Below are positions 8,524-18,693 of a stretch of 64,000 nt of DNA, piece after piece. The notes below the pieces were generated by a model. That model saw only the letters and a program-made list of their open reading frames with translations, ran no database searches and was not told where the DNA came from. A program made the position numbers and the translations under genes. Origin of the DNA: Oscillatoriales cyanobacterium Centralia_MAG_596. GTDB lineage: Bacteria > Cyanobacteriota > Cyanobacteriia > Leptolyngbyales > Leptolyngbyaceae. The DNA lies in the NCBI GenBank assembly GCA_021323955.1, contig JAJPKC010000561.1, forward strand, positions 8,234 to 72,233, given 5' to 3'. Position 1 is the first letter of the stretch. Each line of letters begins with the position of its first letter.

Positions 8524-9615
8524 ATGGTGATGCCCAATAAAAAGCACATTCGCCCGCACATGCGGAAACAGGCTTTGCTAGAGCGCATCCGTCAAACGCC
8601 TGGCCTCGCTGTCGCGCAGATGCAATCGCATTGCCCAGGCGGAAACTTTGAGCAAATTTATCAACCGCTGTTAGAGGAATTGGTGGCAGAGGGCTTGGTG
8701 TTCTCCCACAAGTTTCCCTGGAGCGAGACAGTCTTCTGGTACGAAGCAGGCTACGACGTAGGCAAACTGTTCCGCCCTGCCACTGTCAAATTTGGCGAAG
8801 TCAGGAGCTACATCGACCCCACCTACAAAAGCGCGTGGTCGTCAGACGCTCCACCCGTGCGTCAAAGCATCGCTGATATCCCCACAGAGAGTCCCTGGAA
8901 GCCCATCATGCCCGACATAGAACCATTTGAAGGATATAGACAACAAATGACGCAGACCGACTCCCTACAACACGAAATTTGCCACCATCAGCAAAAAGAC
9001 GAGAAAACATCTGGTGATCGCCGGAACAACCCAAACCTCGACCGTCTGCTTGTTGGAATTGAATCAGCAGTCGAGCAAGCGATTACCGATGGCACTTACA
9101 GATTGCCCAGCCGTAATGAATTGTCACTGCGGTTGGAGCTTCGTAACTACTTCTACACATCCACACCGGCGGGTGAAGCGGCACGAAAGGCGTATGAAGA
9201 CGCGCAAGAGCGATTGGACGATTTGAAAAAGGCGCGTCAACGACGTGCCGAGGCAGTCACGGTTATTGACACCTCTATCCCGGTGGATACAGCACAGATA
9301 GACGTCGCGGCTCAACTCGAACAAGCGCGGCAGAAAGCGATCGAACTGGAGAAGCGTAATCGAGAGTTGCGCCAGCAGCTTGCAGTATTGCAGGAAACGC
9401 AACCGCAACGATCATCGTTGGTCGAGGTTGCGATACCCAGCAACTATTTTGAGCAACAGGCGCAACTATGGCAGAAAACAATCGATGAATTAGAGGCAGA
9501 CCTGGCATCCGCCCGCGCTAATCATGCCGCTTACCAACGGCTGATGTTAATTCACGAACCCGTCATCAACGTTGCGCTCAACGGCGATCGCAGCAGTACC
9601 CTTCAACCCGCTTAG
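8524..9615 (+). CDS. hypothetical protein (wHTH-like N-terminus, C-terminal coiled coil)
   Basis: 363-aa ORF directly upstream of the replicase. Confidence 0.7.
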   Translation: MVMPNKKHIRPHMRKQALLERIRQTPGLAVAQMQSHCPGGNFEQIYQPLLEELVAEGLVFSHKFPWSETVFWYEAGYDVGKLFRPATVKFGEVRSYIDPTYKSAWSSDAPPVRQSIADIPTESPWKPIMPDIEPFEGYRQQMTQTDSLQHEICHHQQKDEKTSGDRRNNPNLDRLLVGIESAVEQAITDGTYRLPSRNELSLRLELRNYFYTSTPAGEAARKAYEDAQERLDDLKKARQRRAEAVTVIDTSIPVDTAQIDVAAQLEQARQKAIELEKRNRELRQQLAVLQETQPQRSSLVEVAIPSNYFEQQAQLWQKTIDELEADLASARANHAAYQRLMLIHEPVINVALNGDRSSTLQPA

Positions 9616-9671
9616 AAAAATGTCCCGGCTCTGTCACAGGGCTGGGACATGCCTTATTTACTACCTCCATC

Positions 9672-12671
9672 ATGACAGCAACCCCTCAGAAGATCAGTCC
9701 CACAGCCCAAATTGACGCTCCAGGCACTATTGCGCTGGAACACTGGCAAGAGTGGCAGGCATCCGGCGTCAGTGGCGAGATCATCGCCGCAAACGTCGAG
9801 ACAATCTACGACATCGAGGTCGATCCTCATTCGCGGGAGCCACGCTACCCGATTCATGAGTTTTTGAACTGGACGGTCACGCGGTTTGGGCGACAGGCGC
9901 GAGAGAACCAGAGAGCATGGACGTTTCGGGGGTTAGACCCGCTTAACAACTGGGAGCGAATGGAGTGGGGATGTCTGAAACTCGATCGCGCGCGTAGCAG
10001 TAAGGGCAAAGAACTCAAGTATGAGCAGCCTGTGGGCAAAGGTTCAGCCAGAGCCTTCTTCGCGGCTGTGCCGAGCAATCCCCGGCTGTGGCTCGAAGCG
10101 CTGACCAACCCGGAGATCCCGATCATCATCACCGAGGGCGCGAAGAAGGGCGCTTGCCTTTTGAGCTTTGGTTTTGTGGCGATCGCCCTGGCCGGGGTCA
10201 GCGGAGCCGTCCGCACGAAAGACATTAGAGGAGAGGCGATCGAGCCTCATCTGATTGCTGATATCGCCATGTTTGCCTGCCCTGGCAGGCGGTTTTACAT
10301 CTGCTTTGATCACGACAGAAAGCCCAAGACCGTGGCCAACGTCAATCGGGAAATCAATAAGCTGGGCAAGCTCTTAAACCGTGCCGGATGCGAAGTCTAT
10401 GTCATCGACTTACCGGGTCCCGAAAAGGGTGTTGATGATTTTATCGTGGTACAGGGTGCAGAAGCCTTCCAGCGCTGCTACGACGCTGCCAAACCGCTGT
10501 GGCAGTGGCAGGTGCATCAGTACAGCAAACTGACCTATCCCGCCAGCCAGCGCGTCAGCCAGCGCTATTTGGGCAAGGTATCGCCGCCGGATAAGGCCAA
10601 GCTGGTTTGCCTCAAATCGCCCAAAGGGACGGGCAAGACGGAAAGTTTTATCGACATCGTGGAGCAAGCCACCCGAACAGGACAGCGCGTGTTGCTCATT
10701 GGGCATCGCGTGCAGCTCGTCCAGGCGATCGCGGACAGGGTAGGGTTGCCCTACGTGACGGAGCTACGGACGGCTGAGCAGGGTTCGCTGCTTGGGTACG
10801 GGCTCTGCGTCGATAGCTTGCACGAATCCTCGCAGGCACGGTTTCATGCGGAGAACTGGAACGACGCGATCGTCATTATTGACGAGTGCGAACAGGTGTT
10901 CTGGCATTTGCTGAGTGCTGACACCGAAGTCCGGAACCATCGGATCGAAATTCTCCAGCAGCTAAAAGAACTGCTGATCAACACGCTGACCAGCCAGGCC
11001 GGACGCATTTATCTTTCCGACGCTGACCTGACCAACCTCAGCATTGACTTCATCAAAGACCTCACCGGGTTACCGCTTCAGCCCTGGTTGCTAGTCAACG
11101 ACTGGAAGCCTCAAGACGAGGCCTGGACAATCCATCACTACAACCAGACCAAGCCTCAAGTCTGGTTGGGACAACTTGACGAGCATATTGGTGGTGGTGG
11201 CAGACCGTTTGTCGTCACCCACTCCCAAAAGGCGAAATCGCTCTGGAGTACGCGCACCCTTGAATCACTGTTGACCCAGCGCCATCCCGACAAGCGCATC
11301 CTGCGGATCGACTCAGAAACCATTGCCGATCCCAATCATCCAGCGTATGGCTGCGTGAGCAACCTCAATGAAGTCTTGCCCAATTTTGATGTGGTGATTG
11401 CCAGCCCCAGTATCGAAACTGGCGTCTCCATCGACATTCGCGGGCATTTCACCAGCGTTTGGGGGTGCTTCCAGGGCATCTGTGCGGAGAACTCGTCTCG
11501 TCAGTCACTCGCACGGGTGAGGGAACCCGTCCCGCGCCATATCTGGATCAGCAAGTATGGACTGGGACGAATTGGCAATGGAGCCGTCAGCCACAAGCTG
11601 CTGATCTACTCGCAAAATCAGCTTGCCTGGGCCAACCTGTCACTGACAAACGGGTCATTCACTCAGGCGATCGCCAATTTTGACCTGGATGAAATAAATT
11701 GCAGTGCGGCTGCAATGGAGTCCTGGTCAAAGTTCGCTGCTCGCATCAACGCAGGCATGGCCCACTACCGTGAGGTCATTCTCTACGGGTTGAAGGGTGA
11801 GGGGCACACCCTCATTGAAGCGATGCCAGCAATCGACCCAGCAGAGCTGGCAGTGACGATCTCCAGCCTCAAAAACGCGCGTGATAGGCAGTACCGGGCA
11901 TGGCGGGAAGCGATTGCCGCAGCCGATGACATCACGCCCAATCAGTATGAGCGGCTCAAGCAACAGAAGGCAAAAAGCCCAGAGGACACAGCCAAAGAGC
12001 GGAAGCATGCCCTGTACGATCGCTACCTCCAACCTGTCACAGCAGAAATCGTCGAGAAAGACGACAACGGCTGGTATCCCAAAATCAGGCTCTACTACTT
12101 CCTCACGCTGGGCAGAGAGTTCCTGCAAGAGCGTGATCGACGTGCTCTCGAGGGAGAGCTACACGACAACAAAGCCTGGTTTCCGACACTAAACCGCTCC
12201 CAGGTAGGCGGTGGCATCAAAATTATGGAGGTGTTAGGCATCACTGACCTGCTGCGACCTGATCGCCTGTTCACCCGCTTTAGCACTACCGTTGCCACGA
12301 TCGCTGACAAAGCACTCTACTATAGCCGCAGCATTCGGGATTTGTTGGGTCTAACCATCACGCCCAAAATGAGCCCGATCCAAATTGTGCAGGCGGTGCT
12401 CGGTAAGTTGGGCAAAAAGTTGAGCTATGTCGGGAAATTCACGCCCGACCAACGCGAGGAACGGTTTGATCTGCCAGACAACTTTGAGTGGCCCGAAGAC
12501 ATCCGATCGTATAGCCAGCGCTGCTACAGCTACCTGAATGTTGATGACGGGAGGGCTGCGGTTTACGAGGCGTGGCTCAACCGAGACCTAACTCATAATG
12601 AGTACGGACAGGACACCCCTTCTTTAAAAGATCAAGATCAGCAGGGGTGCCCCGCAGGAGGTGCTGCGTGA
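9672..12671 (+). CDS. CyRepA1-family primase-helicase replication protein (DUF3854)
   Basis: Toprim-like IITEGAKK, CFDHD, KGVDD; Walker A SPKGTGKT; Walker B IIDECEQ; SF2-like C-terminal motifs. Confidence 0.9.
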   Translation: MTATPQKISPTAQIDAPGTIALEHWQEWQASGVSGEIIAANVETIYDIEVDPHSREPRYPIHEFLNWTVTRFGRQARENQRAWTFRGLDPLNNWERMEWGCLKLDRARSSKGKELKYEQPVGKGSARAFFAAVPSNPRLWLEALTNPEIPIIITEGAKKGACLLSFGFVAIALAGVSGAVRTKDIRGEAIEPHLIADIAMFACPGRRFYICFDHDRKPKTVANVNREINKLGKLLNRAGCEVYVIDLPGPEKGVDDFIVVQGAEAFQRCYDAAKPLWQWQVHQYSKLTYPASQRVSQRYLGKVSPPDKAKLVCLKSPKGTGKTESFIDIVEQATRTGQRVLLIGHRVQLVQAIADRVGLPYVTELRTAEQGSLLGYGLCVDSLHESSQARFHAENWNDAIVIIDECEQVFWHLLSADTEVRNHRIEILQQLKELLINTLTSQAGRIYLSDADLTNLSIDFIKDLTGLPLQPWLLVNDWKPQDEAWTIHHYNQTKPQVWLGQLDEHIGGGGRPFVVTHSQKAKSLWSTRTLESLLTQRHPDKRILRIDSETIADPNHPAYGCVSNLNEVLPNFDVVIASPSIETGVSIDIRGHFTSVWGCFQGICAENSSRQSLARVREPVPRHIWISKYGLGRIGNGAVSHKLLIYSQNQLAWANLSLTNGSFTQAIANFDLDEINCSAAAMESWSKFAARINAGMAHYREVILYGLKGEGHTLIEAMPAIDPAELAVTISSLKNARDRQYRAWREAIAAADDITPNQYERLKQQKAKSPEDTAKERKHALYDRYLQPVTAEIVEKDDNGWYPKIRLYYFLTLGREFLQERDRRALEGELHDNKAWFPTLNRSQVGGGIKIMEVLGITDLLRPDRLFTRFSTTVATIADKALYYSRSIRDLLGLTITPKMSPIQIVQAVLGKLGKKLSYVGKFTPDQREERFDLPDNFEWPEDIRSYSQRCYSYLNVDDGRAAVYEAWLNRDLTHNEYGQDTPSLKDQDQQGCPAGGAA

Positions 12672-12955
12672 GCGAAATACGGCACTATTGGCAGACCGTC
12701 TTTCACCTCAATGGCGGTGATCGTCAGACGACCGTAGAGCATTGCAAAACGCTGGGCATTTGCCGTCAAACGGTTGTACAGCGGAAGGGTTATCAAATCC
12801 TTGAGGAGTTTTGCTTCTTTGAAGGCGAGAACAAACCCGATGACCCGGTCTACTCTCTGCACGAAATCTTGCGCGAGGTGCGCTACCGCGAGGCGGTGCG
12901 TTTGGGGGACGAGGGCTTGAAGGACGTTGAAGCGATCTCGCAGGGAGGTGTGTGA
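12668..12955 (+). CDS. hypothetical protein
   Basis: GTGA overlap with replicase stop. Confidence 0.6.
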   Translation: MSEIRHYWQTVFHLNGGDRQTTVEHCKTLGICRQTVVQRKGYQILEEFCFFEGENKPDDPVYSLHEILREVRYREAVRLGDEGLKDVEAISQGGV

Positions 12956-13155
12956 TGAAATTCCTTGACGGTCCGGTAGGTCTCGATATGACTGTGCGTC
13001 AACTGCTTGAAACCCAAACAGAAATGGCGGCAAGAGTCTCCACGCTCAAACTTGGGTCTGAAGATAAGACGTATTTTGCTGTAGTGGTCGTATTGCACAA
13101 GAGCGCTGAGCAAGTGATCGCGGCACTTGAAGCGTTGAGTGAGGAGGTTGAATAA
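12952..13155 (+). CDS. hypothetical protein
   Basis: Coupled ORF with GGAGG upstream. Confidence 0.6.
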   Translation: MMKFLDGPVGLDMTVRQLLETQTEMAARVSTLKLGSEDKTYFAVVVVLHKSAEQVIAALEALSEEVE

Positions 13156-13539
13156 GTGGTTGCCTACAACTTCAAACCACAATTCGCGCCATTGGTAGAA
13201 GCTGGTCTCAAGCTGCAAACCATTCGAGCAGAGCGCCGCACTCGTCACTCAAGGCCAGGCGAAGCGATGCAGCTTTATACGGGGATGCGGACCAAAACCT
13301 GTCGCAAGCTGCTAACGCCAGATCCGATTTGCCAGAGCATTGAGCCAATACTCATTCACTATGAGCTGGGCATCAAGATGGACGATCGCTGGCTGAAAAG
13401 AGAGGAGTGCACTCAGATTGCCATCGCAGACGGCTTTAGCGATTGGGGCGAGTGCTTTCGGTTCTTCAGAGATACGCATGGCCTCCCATTCAAAGGCCGC
13501 CTGATCAAATGGTCATCTGCATCGAGGGTTGTCGTATGA
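13156..13539 (+). CDS. ASCH/PUA-like domain protein
   Basis: YNFKPQFAPLVEAGLKLQTIR...PGEAMQLY...IAIADGF is an ASCH signature. Confidence 0.8.
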   Translation: MVAYNFKPQFAPLVEAGLKLQTIRAERRTRHSRPGEAMQLYTGMRTKTCRKLLTPDPICQSIEPILIHYELGIKMDDRWLKREECTQIAIADGFSDWGECFRFFRDTHGLPFKGRLIKWSSASRVVV

Positions 13540-13766
13540 ACCACGATCCATCCCAGTTTCACTGCACATCTATGCTGGTCTACAACGGCTTCCGCTACTG
13601 GATTGCGGGTTATCCAGAGCAATACCGCTTCACGATTCAGACGATGCAGGGTGGACGGGTATTCACCAGTGATCGCTATCCGACGATCGTCGCGGCTAAC
13701 CAGGAAGCCCGGCACCGCATCGATCTTGTAACGGCTGTATTGGGGGTGAGGCATGAATCAGCTTAG
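13536..13766 (+). CDS. hypothetical protein
   Basis: ATGA-coupled ORF. Confidence 0.55.
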   Translation: MNHDPSQFHCTSMLVYNGFRYWIAGYPEQYRFTIQTMQGGRVFTSDRYPTIVAANQEARHRIDLVTAVLGVRHESA

Positions 13767-14076
13767 TTTGCTCAACTGGCAACCACCACCAGAACTAATG
13801 GTGGTTCCTCAACCCGAAGTGCTCACAATTTGCGAGAAGCCTCAGCCGGTAGCCATCAACCCACACGCGATCGCCTGGTACGAAGGCAACATCGCCTACT
13901 ACCGCAAGCTGATGCTGCGGTTCATGGCGCAAGGACGCATCAATGCTGAGGCGAACACCATCAACCCACAGAAACAGGCAATGCGACGGCACATGATCAG
14001 CCATCTACACGCGCGCTGCCAGGACTGCCTCGCCAAACTTGACCAACTGCGGGGAGGAACAGATGCAAACACCTGA
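13753..14076 (+). CDS. hypothetical protein
   Basis: GAGG upstream; in early operon. Confidence 0.6.
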   Translation: MNQLSLLNWQPPPELMVVPQPEVLTICEKPQPVAINPHAIAWYEGNIAYYRKLMLRFMAQGRINAEANTINPQKQAMRRHMISHLHARCQDCLAKLDQLRGGTDANT

Positions 14077-14407
14077 CTTTAAGACGATCGCAGAAACCTT
14101 CAAAACATCACCTCCCATCACACTTGAGGTCGATCCCATTTACCTCTTTGTTCTGGTGGGCACGGTGCAACTCGCGCTGCGGCATCCCGGCAATCGAGGC
14201 AAGAGCGCAGAACTGGCCCGACAAGCCGCGATCTCTTTTCAGCAGCGACTGGGTGAAATCAACCCAGAGATTGCAGCAGCGCTAGAGCAAGGCTGGCATC
14301 CAGAGTTTGATGTCACGAGTAAAGAGTATGACGCGATCGAGGCTGAAAACGAATGGGATGACACGCTGTATGACTTACCAGGCGACGCGGAGGATTGCCA
14401 TGAGTGA
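14063..14407 (+). CDS. hypothetical phage protein
   Basis: GGAGG upstream; VQLALRHPGN motif. Confidence 0.65.
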   Translation: MQTPDFKTIAETFKTSPPITLEVDPIYLFVLVGTVQLALRHPGNRGKSAELARQAAISFQQRLGEINPEIAAALEQGWHPEFDVTSKEYDAIEAENEWDDTLYDLPGDAEDCHE

Positions 14408-15086
14408 CCGCATAAAAGACCGACAGGAAGCCGCAAAGTGGGCCTACGAACTGATGCAGCGCCAAGACTGGTGCATTCTCGATACCGAAACTACGGGGCT
14501 GAGTCGAGACGCCCAAATCGTTGAGCTTGGGGTATTAGCACCCGACGAAACCGTTTTGCTGGATACGCTCGTTACTCCAACCGTTGAAATTGAGCCAGAG
14601 GCAGTACAGGTGCATGGCATCACTCGCGATCGCCTCGCTACACGCAACGCGCCCGCATTTGAAACTGTGTTCATGCCGCTCCTCAAAGCCGTTGGTAGAG
14701 GGGACGTGGTGATTTATAACGCCGAATTTGATATCAGGCTGATCCGGCAATCGATCAAGCCCTACGGTATTCAGTTGGCGTTTCCCACCAGCGATCACCG
14801 TGGATGCCGCATCTTCCCAAACGGCGGCGGCATTTATTGTGCGATGCATTGGTACTCCCAATGGGTTGGGGAGCTGCGGCACGACGGCGAGTACAAGTGG
14901 CAGCGGTTACCCGGTGGCGACCATAGCGCGATCGGCGATTGCAAAGCCGTGCTGCGCATCATCAGGCAGATGGCGGCTGATTGGGAGCACAGCCTTACCA
15001 AGGCGGCAGAACCAACGAGTGCTGAAGCGGTTGCTGCGGGGGCTGAAACGGCAACCGCGATCGAGTTTGACGATATCCCGTTTTGA
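14400..15086 (+). CDS. 3'-5' exonuclease (DEDDh, DnaQ-like)
   Basis: ExoI ILDTETTGL, ExoII YNAEFD, ExoIII HSAIGDC. Confidence 0.9.
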   Translation: MSDRIKDRQEAAKWAYELMQRQDWCILDTETTGLSRDAQIVELGVLAPDETVLLDTLVTPTVEIEPEAVQVHGITRDRLATRNAPAFETVFMPLLKAVGRGDVVIYNAEFDIRLIRQSIKPYGIQLAFPTSDHRGCRIFPNGGGIYCAMHWYSQWVGELRHDGEYKWQRLPGGDHSAIGDCKAVLRIIRQMAADWEHSLTKAAEPTSAEAVAAGAETATAIEFDDIPF

Positions 15087-15271
15087 TTGAGGCGATCACC
15101 ATGACTGATCCACTAAACACACTGATAGATTTTTCGCCAACGACAACGCTGGGACAGTTACTAGAAGCTGCAAAGCACTATAACGCGGGACAAGTACAGA
15201 TGGTAACAAGACGTGTTGGACGCGATCAGCCAGCTAGAGGAAAACTCAACAGAAGAGGGAGATCGCAATGA
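15083..15271 (+). CDS. hypothetical protein
   Basis: Short coupled ORF. Confidence 0.4.
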   Translation: MIEAITMTDPLNTLIDFSPTTTLGQLLEAAKHYNAGQVQMVTRRVGRDQPARGKLNRRGRSQ

Positions 15272-15573
15272 GTAAGACCTCCAGAACCATCCATACGCCT
15301 GAAAATTCATGCCCCTATTGCAATCACGTCCTTGACGCCTGTAGCCCGCCAGGTGGTCTCGACTCTCCCAGCCCAGGTGATTTGTCTGTTTGCATCAAAT
15401 GTGGTGGTCTGTTGGAGCTAAAAAAAGACCTGACTGTACAAGCGCTAGAAGAAGGCAAGCTACTGCAGTTCCGTTTTGCTGACCCTAAAGGCTTTGCAAC
15501 GCTGATGCAGCTTCGTAATGGCATTTTGAGCCTTCAGAAAAATCGTGTGAAGGGAGGCGATCACAATGACTGA
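15268..15573 (+). CDS. zinc-ribbon protein
   Basis: CPYC...CIKC. Confidence 0.65.
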   Translation: MSKTSRTIHTPENSCPYCNHVLDACSPPGGLDSPSPGDLSVCIKCGGLLELKKDLTVQALEEGKLLQFRFADPKGFATLMQLRNGILSLQKNRVKGGDHND

Positions 15574-15898
15574 TTGGATGAACCGTTTAGCCAAATGGCG
15601 CTCAGTCTTTGCAGGCTGGCAGTTGGGCACCAGGACCGATACCGATTCTGAGTGCCAAGCGGTGCGAGACCACCGTGAGGTGACGATGATTCTGCGAGCC
15701 GAGGTGAACGCTCTGGTGGTGCTGCTGATCCAAAAGGGCGTGTTTACCGAAGCGGAGTATCGCGGGCAAATACAGGAAGAAGCCCGCTATCTATGTGAGG
15801 CCTACGAAAAACGTTTTCCAGGTTTTAAAGCGGCTGATGTGGGCATGAATATCGATCCACAGATTGCCGTCAACACAACGCGCACATGGAAACCCTGA
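15566..15898 (+). CDS. hypothetical phage protein
   Basis: GGAGG upstream; coupled ORF. Confidence 0.65.
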   Translation: MTDWMNRLAKWRSVFAGWQLGTRTDTDSECQAVRDHREVTMILRAEVNALVVLLIQKGVFTEAEYRGQIQEEARYLCEAYEKRFPGFKAADVGMNIDPQIAVNTTRTWKP

Positions 15899-16119
15899 TG
15901 ACTCCACTCAGCACTCTCAGCCTCACAAGAACGGCTCTCAATGCACTGGTCAATCACGGCATTGAAAGTGTCGAAGCCATGGGCAGACTGACGCATACTC
16001 AGATCCATCAATTGATGCCCTATTGCCATGCCCAAGTCGCACTGGCGCAGTTCAGGCAGTGGCATAACCAGCGGTATCCCTCACCAGAAAGGTTGATGAT
16101 TCGCAGGAGGCAACGCTAA
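15886..16119 (+). CDS. small protein resembling an RNAP alpha-CTD-like helical hairpin
   Basis: LSTLSLTRTALNALVNHGIESVEAM resembles LELSVRSYNCLKRAGINTV; weak. Confidence 0.4.
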   Translation: METLMTPLSTLSLTRTALNALVNHGIESVEAMGRLTHTQIHQLMPYCHAQVALAQFRQWHNQRYPSPERLMIRRRQR

Positions 16120-16430
16120 TGCCTGGACAAGGGTTTCAAAAAGTACCTCAACAGCAAAACTCGCTTGGCAAAGCGGCTGAGCTACTCCTTAACGTTGCAC
16201 AGCAAAGCGGTAGAGCTGTGGTATTGCCAATGTTTCCGCCTGGAAATAGCCGCGGGTTAGCACCAGGTGAAATAAAGCCAGGACAATCTGAAATTCCACC
16301 TGATTGTGATGGTCTTGTCATTGCGGTTGCTTGTTCTGCCGATGACGCCCAAGCGTTGATCGATTTGCTTATGAATTGGCAGAGAAAGCGGCTGCTCAGG
16401 CAGGAGGGAGGCGATTGTGCCAATCCTTAA
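16119..16430 (+). CDS. hypothetical protein
   Basis: Coupled ORF. Confidence 0.55.
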   Translation: MPGQGFQKVPQQQNSLGKAAELLLNVAQQSGRAVVLPMFPPGNSRGLAPGEIKPGQSEIPPDCDGLVIAVACSADDAQALIDLLMNWQRKRLLRQEGGDCANP

Positions 16431-16854
16431 CTACACCACCAAGATCGACCCATTCAGGACGATCGCCGAGATCCATGCTTGTCTCGTTAAGTACGGGGCT
16501 AAAAACATCAGTGTGGATTACGAGGGGCAGCTACCGGCAGCGCTGACCTTCCTGGCTGAGATCAACGGTGAATTTGTGAGCTTTCGCTTGCCTAGCAATC
16601 ACATCGGCGTGCTCAGAGCCATGAAAAAGGATCGAGACATCCCGCCGCGCTACAAAACTGAGGATCAAGCGCGCCGGGTAGCCTGGCGCATCACTAAAGA
16701 CTGGGTCGAAGCACAAATGGCGATCGTGCAGGCAGAATTGGCGACACTGCCAGAGGTCTTTTTGCCTTATCTGGTAACGCCGTCTGGACAGACCCTCTTT
16801 AATGCAGTGAATGATCGCGGGTTGAAACTGCTAACAGGAGAGCGATCGCAATGA
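16417..16854 (+). CDS. conserved phage hypothetical protein
   Basis: MPILNYTTKI...QARRVAWRITKDWVEAQMA pattern typical of temperate-phage early regions. Confidence 0.75.
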   Translation: MPILNYTTKIDPFRTIAEIHACLVKYGAKNISVDYEGQLPAALTFLAEINGEFVSFRLPSNHIGVLRAMKKDRDIPPRYKTEDQARRVAWRITKDWVEAQMAIVQAELATLPEVFLPYLVTPSGQTLFNAVNDRGLKLLTGERSQ

Positions 16855-17474
16855 CCATTCCACTGCTGCCGAACGTCGAACCGGATGTCGTCTTCACGAA
16901 TGCCTGGTTTACCGCCGATACCCATCAGCCTGGCGTCTACTGGCAGCTCAACGAAAAGAACGGGGTAATTTCTTTGACAGAGACGAGGGCCAAGGCGCAG
17001 GCGTTATTTCAGGCGGTAGGGTATGCCGAAGGAGAAGCGGCGATCGTGAAGGGTATGATCTACCTGCACAAAGCAGCCGATCGCAAGCAGAAAGGGTTTG
17101 GATCGCCAGCGCAGCTTGCAGAAAAGCAAGCCCTCCTCATAGCGGCTCAGTTGCGCGAGTTCCTCAAAACAGGGCGTTCGCCATTACTGGAAGGCGTTGA
17201 GGTGATTTTTGGACTCAAAACCCGCAAAGCCCTGATCAACATTGCCTGGTACGGCGAGCCGTGCCAGTGGGAAACGGCTCAGGCGCTAGAACACGCAATC
17301 ATCCTGATTGAGACGGCGGAAGCAGCCGAGAGTGATGCTTACTTTCGCTGGTTCTTGATGGAGGGGATTGGGGTTGCAGCAGAGGAAACCTATCCGCTCA
17401 TCGCCGAGTTTCAGACGTTCCGTAATCGACGGCGGTTGGAGGAGTTGTTTCAGGAGGGCGATCGCACCCCATGA
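16851..17474 (+). CDS. hypothetical protein
   Basis: Coupled ORF. Confidence 0.65.
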   Translation: MTIPLLPNVEPDVVFTNAWFTADTHQPGVYWQLNEKNGVISLTETRAKAQALFQAVGYAEGEAAIVKGMIYLHKAADRKQKGFGSPAQLAEKQALLIAAQLREFLKTGRSPLLEGVEVIFGLKTRKALINIAWYGEPCQWETAQALEHAIILIETAEAAESDAYFRWFLMEGIGVAAEETYPLIAEFQTFRNRRRLEELFQEGDRTP

Positions 17475-17842
17475 CGACGCTTCCAACATGGCTCACTCGT
17501 GACACATTCGTCTGCCACCAGCCGACGAAAACGGTGTTTCAACCAACGCGCTGCGGTCGCAAAGATGGCGTCGTGGTGGTGCTTGACCCATGTGGGCAGG
17601 ACTACAAGCTGGAAGAGTGCGATCGCCTCAATGTCGAGCACATCCGATCCGGCGTGGCGCTGTTTATCGTTGATCAGCACCAGGCGCTAACGCTAATCCC
17701 TTGCGAGGACGGGTTTATTGCCACCAGCGGCGATCGCCGCTGCAAGGTCGAAATTCCCGATATGGGTTTAGCAGCCGCCCGATCGCTGGCGGCTGCGTTT
17801 AACGGGGTCATTTATTCGGAGGAAACCCGCAATGGATGTTAA
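17471..17842 (+). CDS. hypothetical protein
   Basis: Coupled ORF. Confidence 0.6.
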   Translation: MTTLPTWLTRDTFVCHQPTKTVFQPTRCGRKDGVVVVLDPCGQDYKLEECDRLNVEHIRSGVALFIVDQHQALTLIPCEDGFIATSGDRRCKVEIPDMGLAAARSLAAAFNGVIYSEETRNGC

Positions 17843-18260
17843 CCGGATTCCAGATGAGCTGAGCCGCGCAGTCTATCAGCGATTGATCAAAAGCCGCGAG
17901 TTCGATACGTTTGTGCTGCAAATGATTTGGCAACGGCTGGCGTTGCAAACAAAAGAGATCCTGGAATGCTCCAAAACCTGGTATTTCGGTGAAATTGGTG
18001 TCGAGCCTGGCTGGTGTGTCCCCGCACTTGTAGTGCTGTTTGAGAATGCAGCACTGCTGGCAAAGGAGCAGTTTGGGGCCAACCTGATTGATCTGGCCGA
18101 GCAGTGCCAGTCCGTTTGCAAATGCGATCGCGTCCACGTCATCGGGTGCGATACTGGGCTGCGACTGTGGTTTGACTATCACACCAGCACATGGGTACGG
18201 GCTTCAATGACGTTGCCCGCAGACTGGCACCGGGAGGGCAGCCGCGATGCCGATGGATAA
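17832..18260 (+). CDS. hypothetical protein
   Basis: Coupled ORF. Confidence 0.6.
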   Translation: MDVNRIPDELSRAVYQRLIKSREFDTFVLQMIWQRLALQTKEILECSKTWYFGEIGVEPGWCVPALVVLFENAALLAKEQFGANLIDLAEQCQSVCKCDRVHVIGCDTGLRLWFDYHTSTWVRASMTLPADWHREGSRDADG

Positions 18261-18693
18261 AACTCGCTACCCGGCTAACTGGACTGAGATCGCGCTAGAA
18301 ATCAAGCAGGCCGCGCAGTGGCGGTGTAAGTCATGCGGCAAAGACTGCTTGCGACCTGACGATAATTTGGGAACGTTTATCGAGCGGATTCGCACGCAAC
18401 GGGTTTCAGAATGCCCCGTTGTTGCCGAATTTTTAGAGCATCCCCGGCGCTGGTTATTGACTGTTGCCCACCTCGATCAAGACCCTGGGAACAACGATCG
18501 CCGCAACCTCAAAGCGCTGTGCAGTGTTTGCCACCTCAACCACGATCGCCCGTTTCAAGCGGCCAACCACATGACGAAGCTGGAGCGAACCATCGGGCAG
18601 CTCAACCTCTTTGACCTCCGACCACCGGAGCCAGCCGGGAAGGGTGAGAGGTCAGATCGCATCCAAATTCCGCTACGTCAGGAGGTTGGCTGA
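18247..18693 (+). CDS. HNH endonuclease-like protein
   Basis: RCKSC...LTVAHLDQDPGNNDRRNLKALCSVCHLNHD. Confidence 0.8.
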   Translation: MPMDKTRYPANWTEIALEIKQAAQWRCKSCGKDCLRPDDNLGTFIERIRTQRVSECPVVAEFLEHPRRWLLTVAHLDQDPGNNDRRNLKALCSVCHLNHDRPFQAANHMTKLERTIGQLNLFDLRPPEPAGKGERSDRIQIPLRQEVG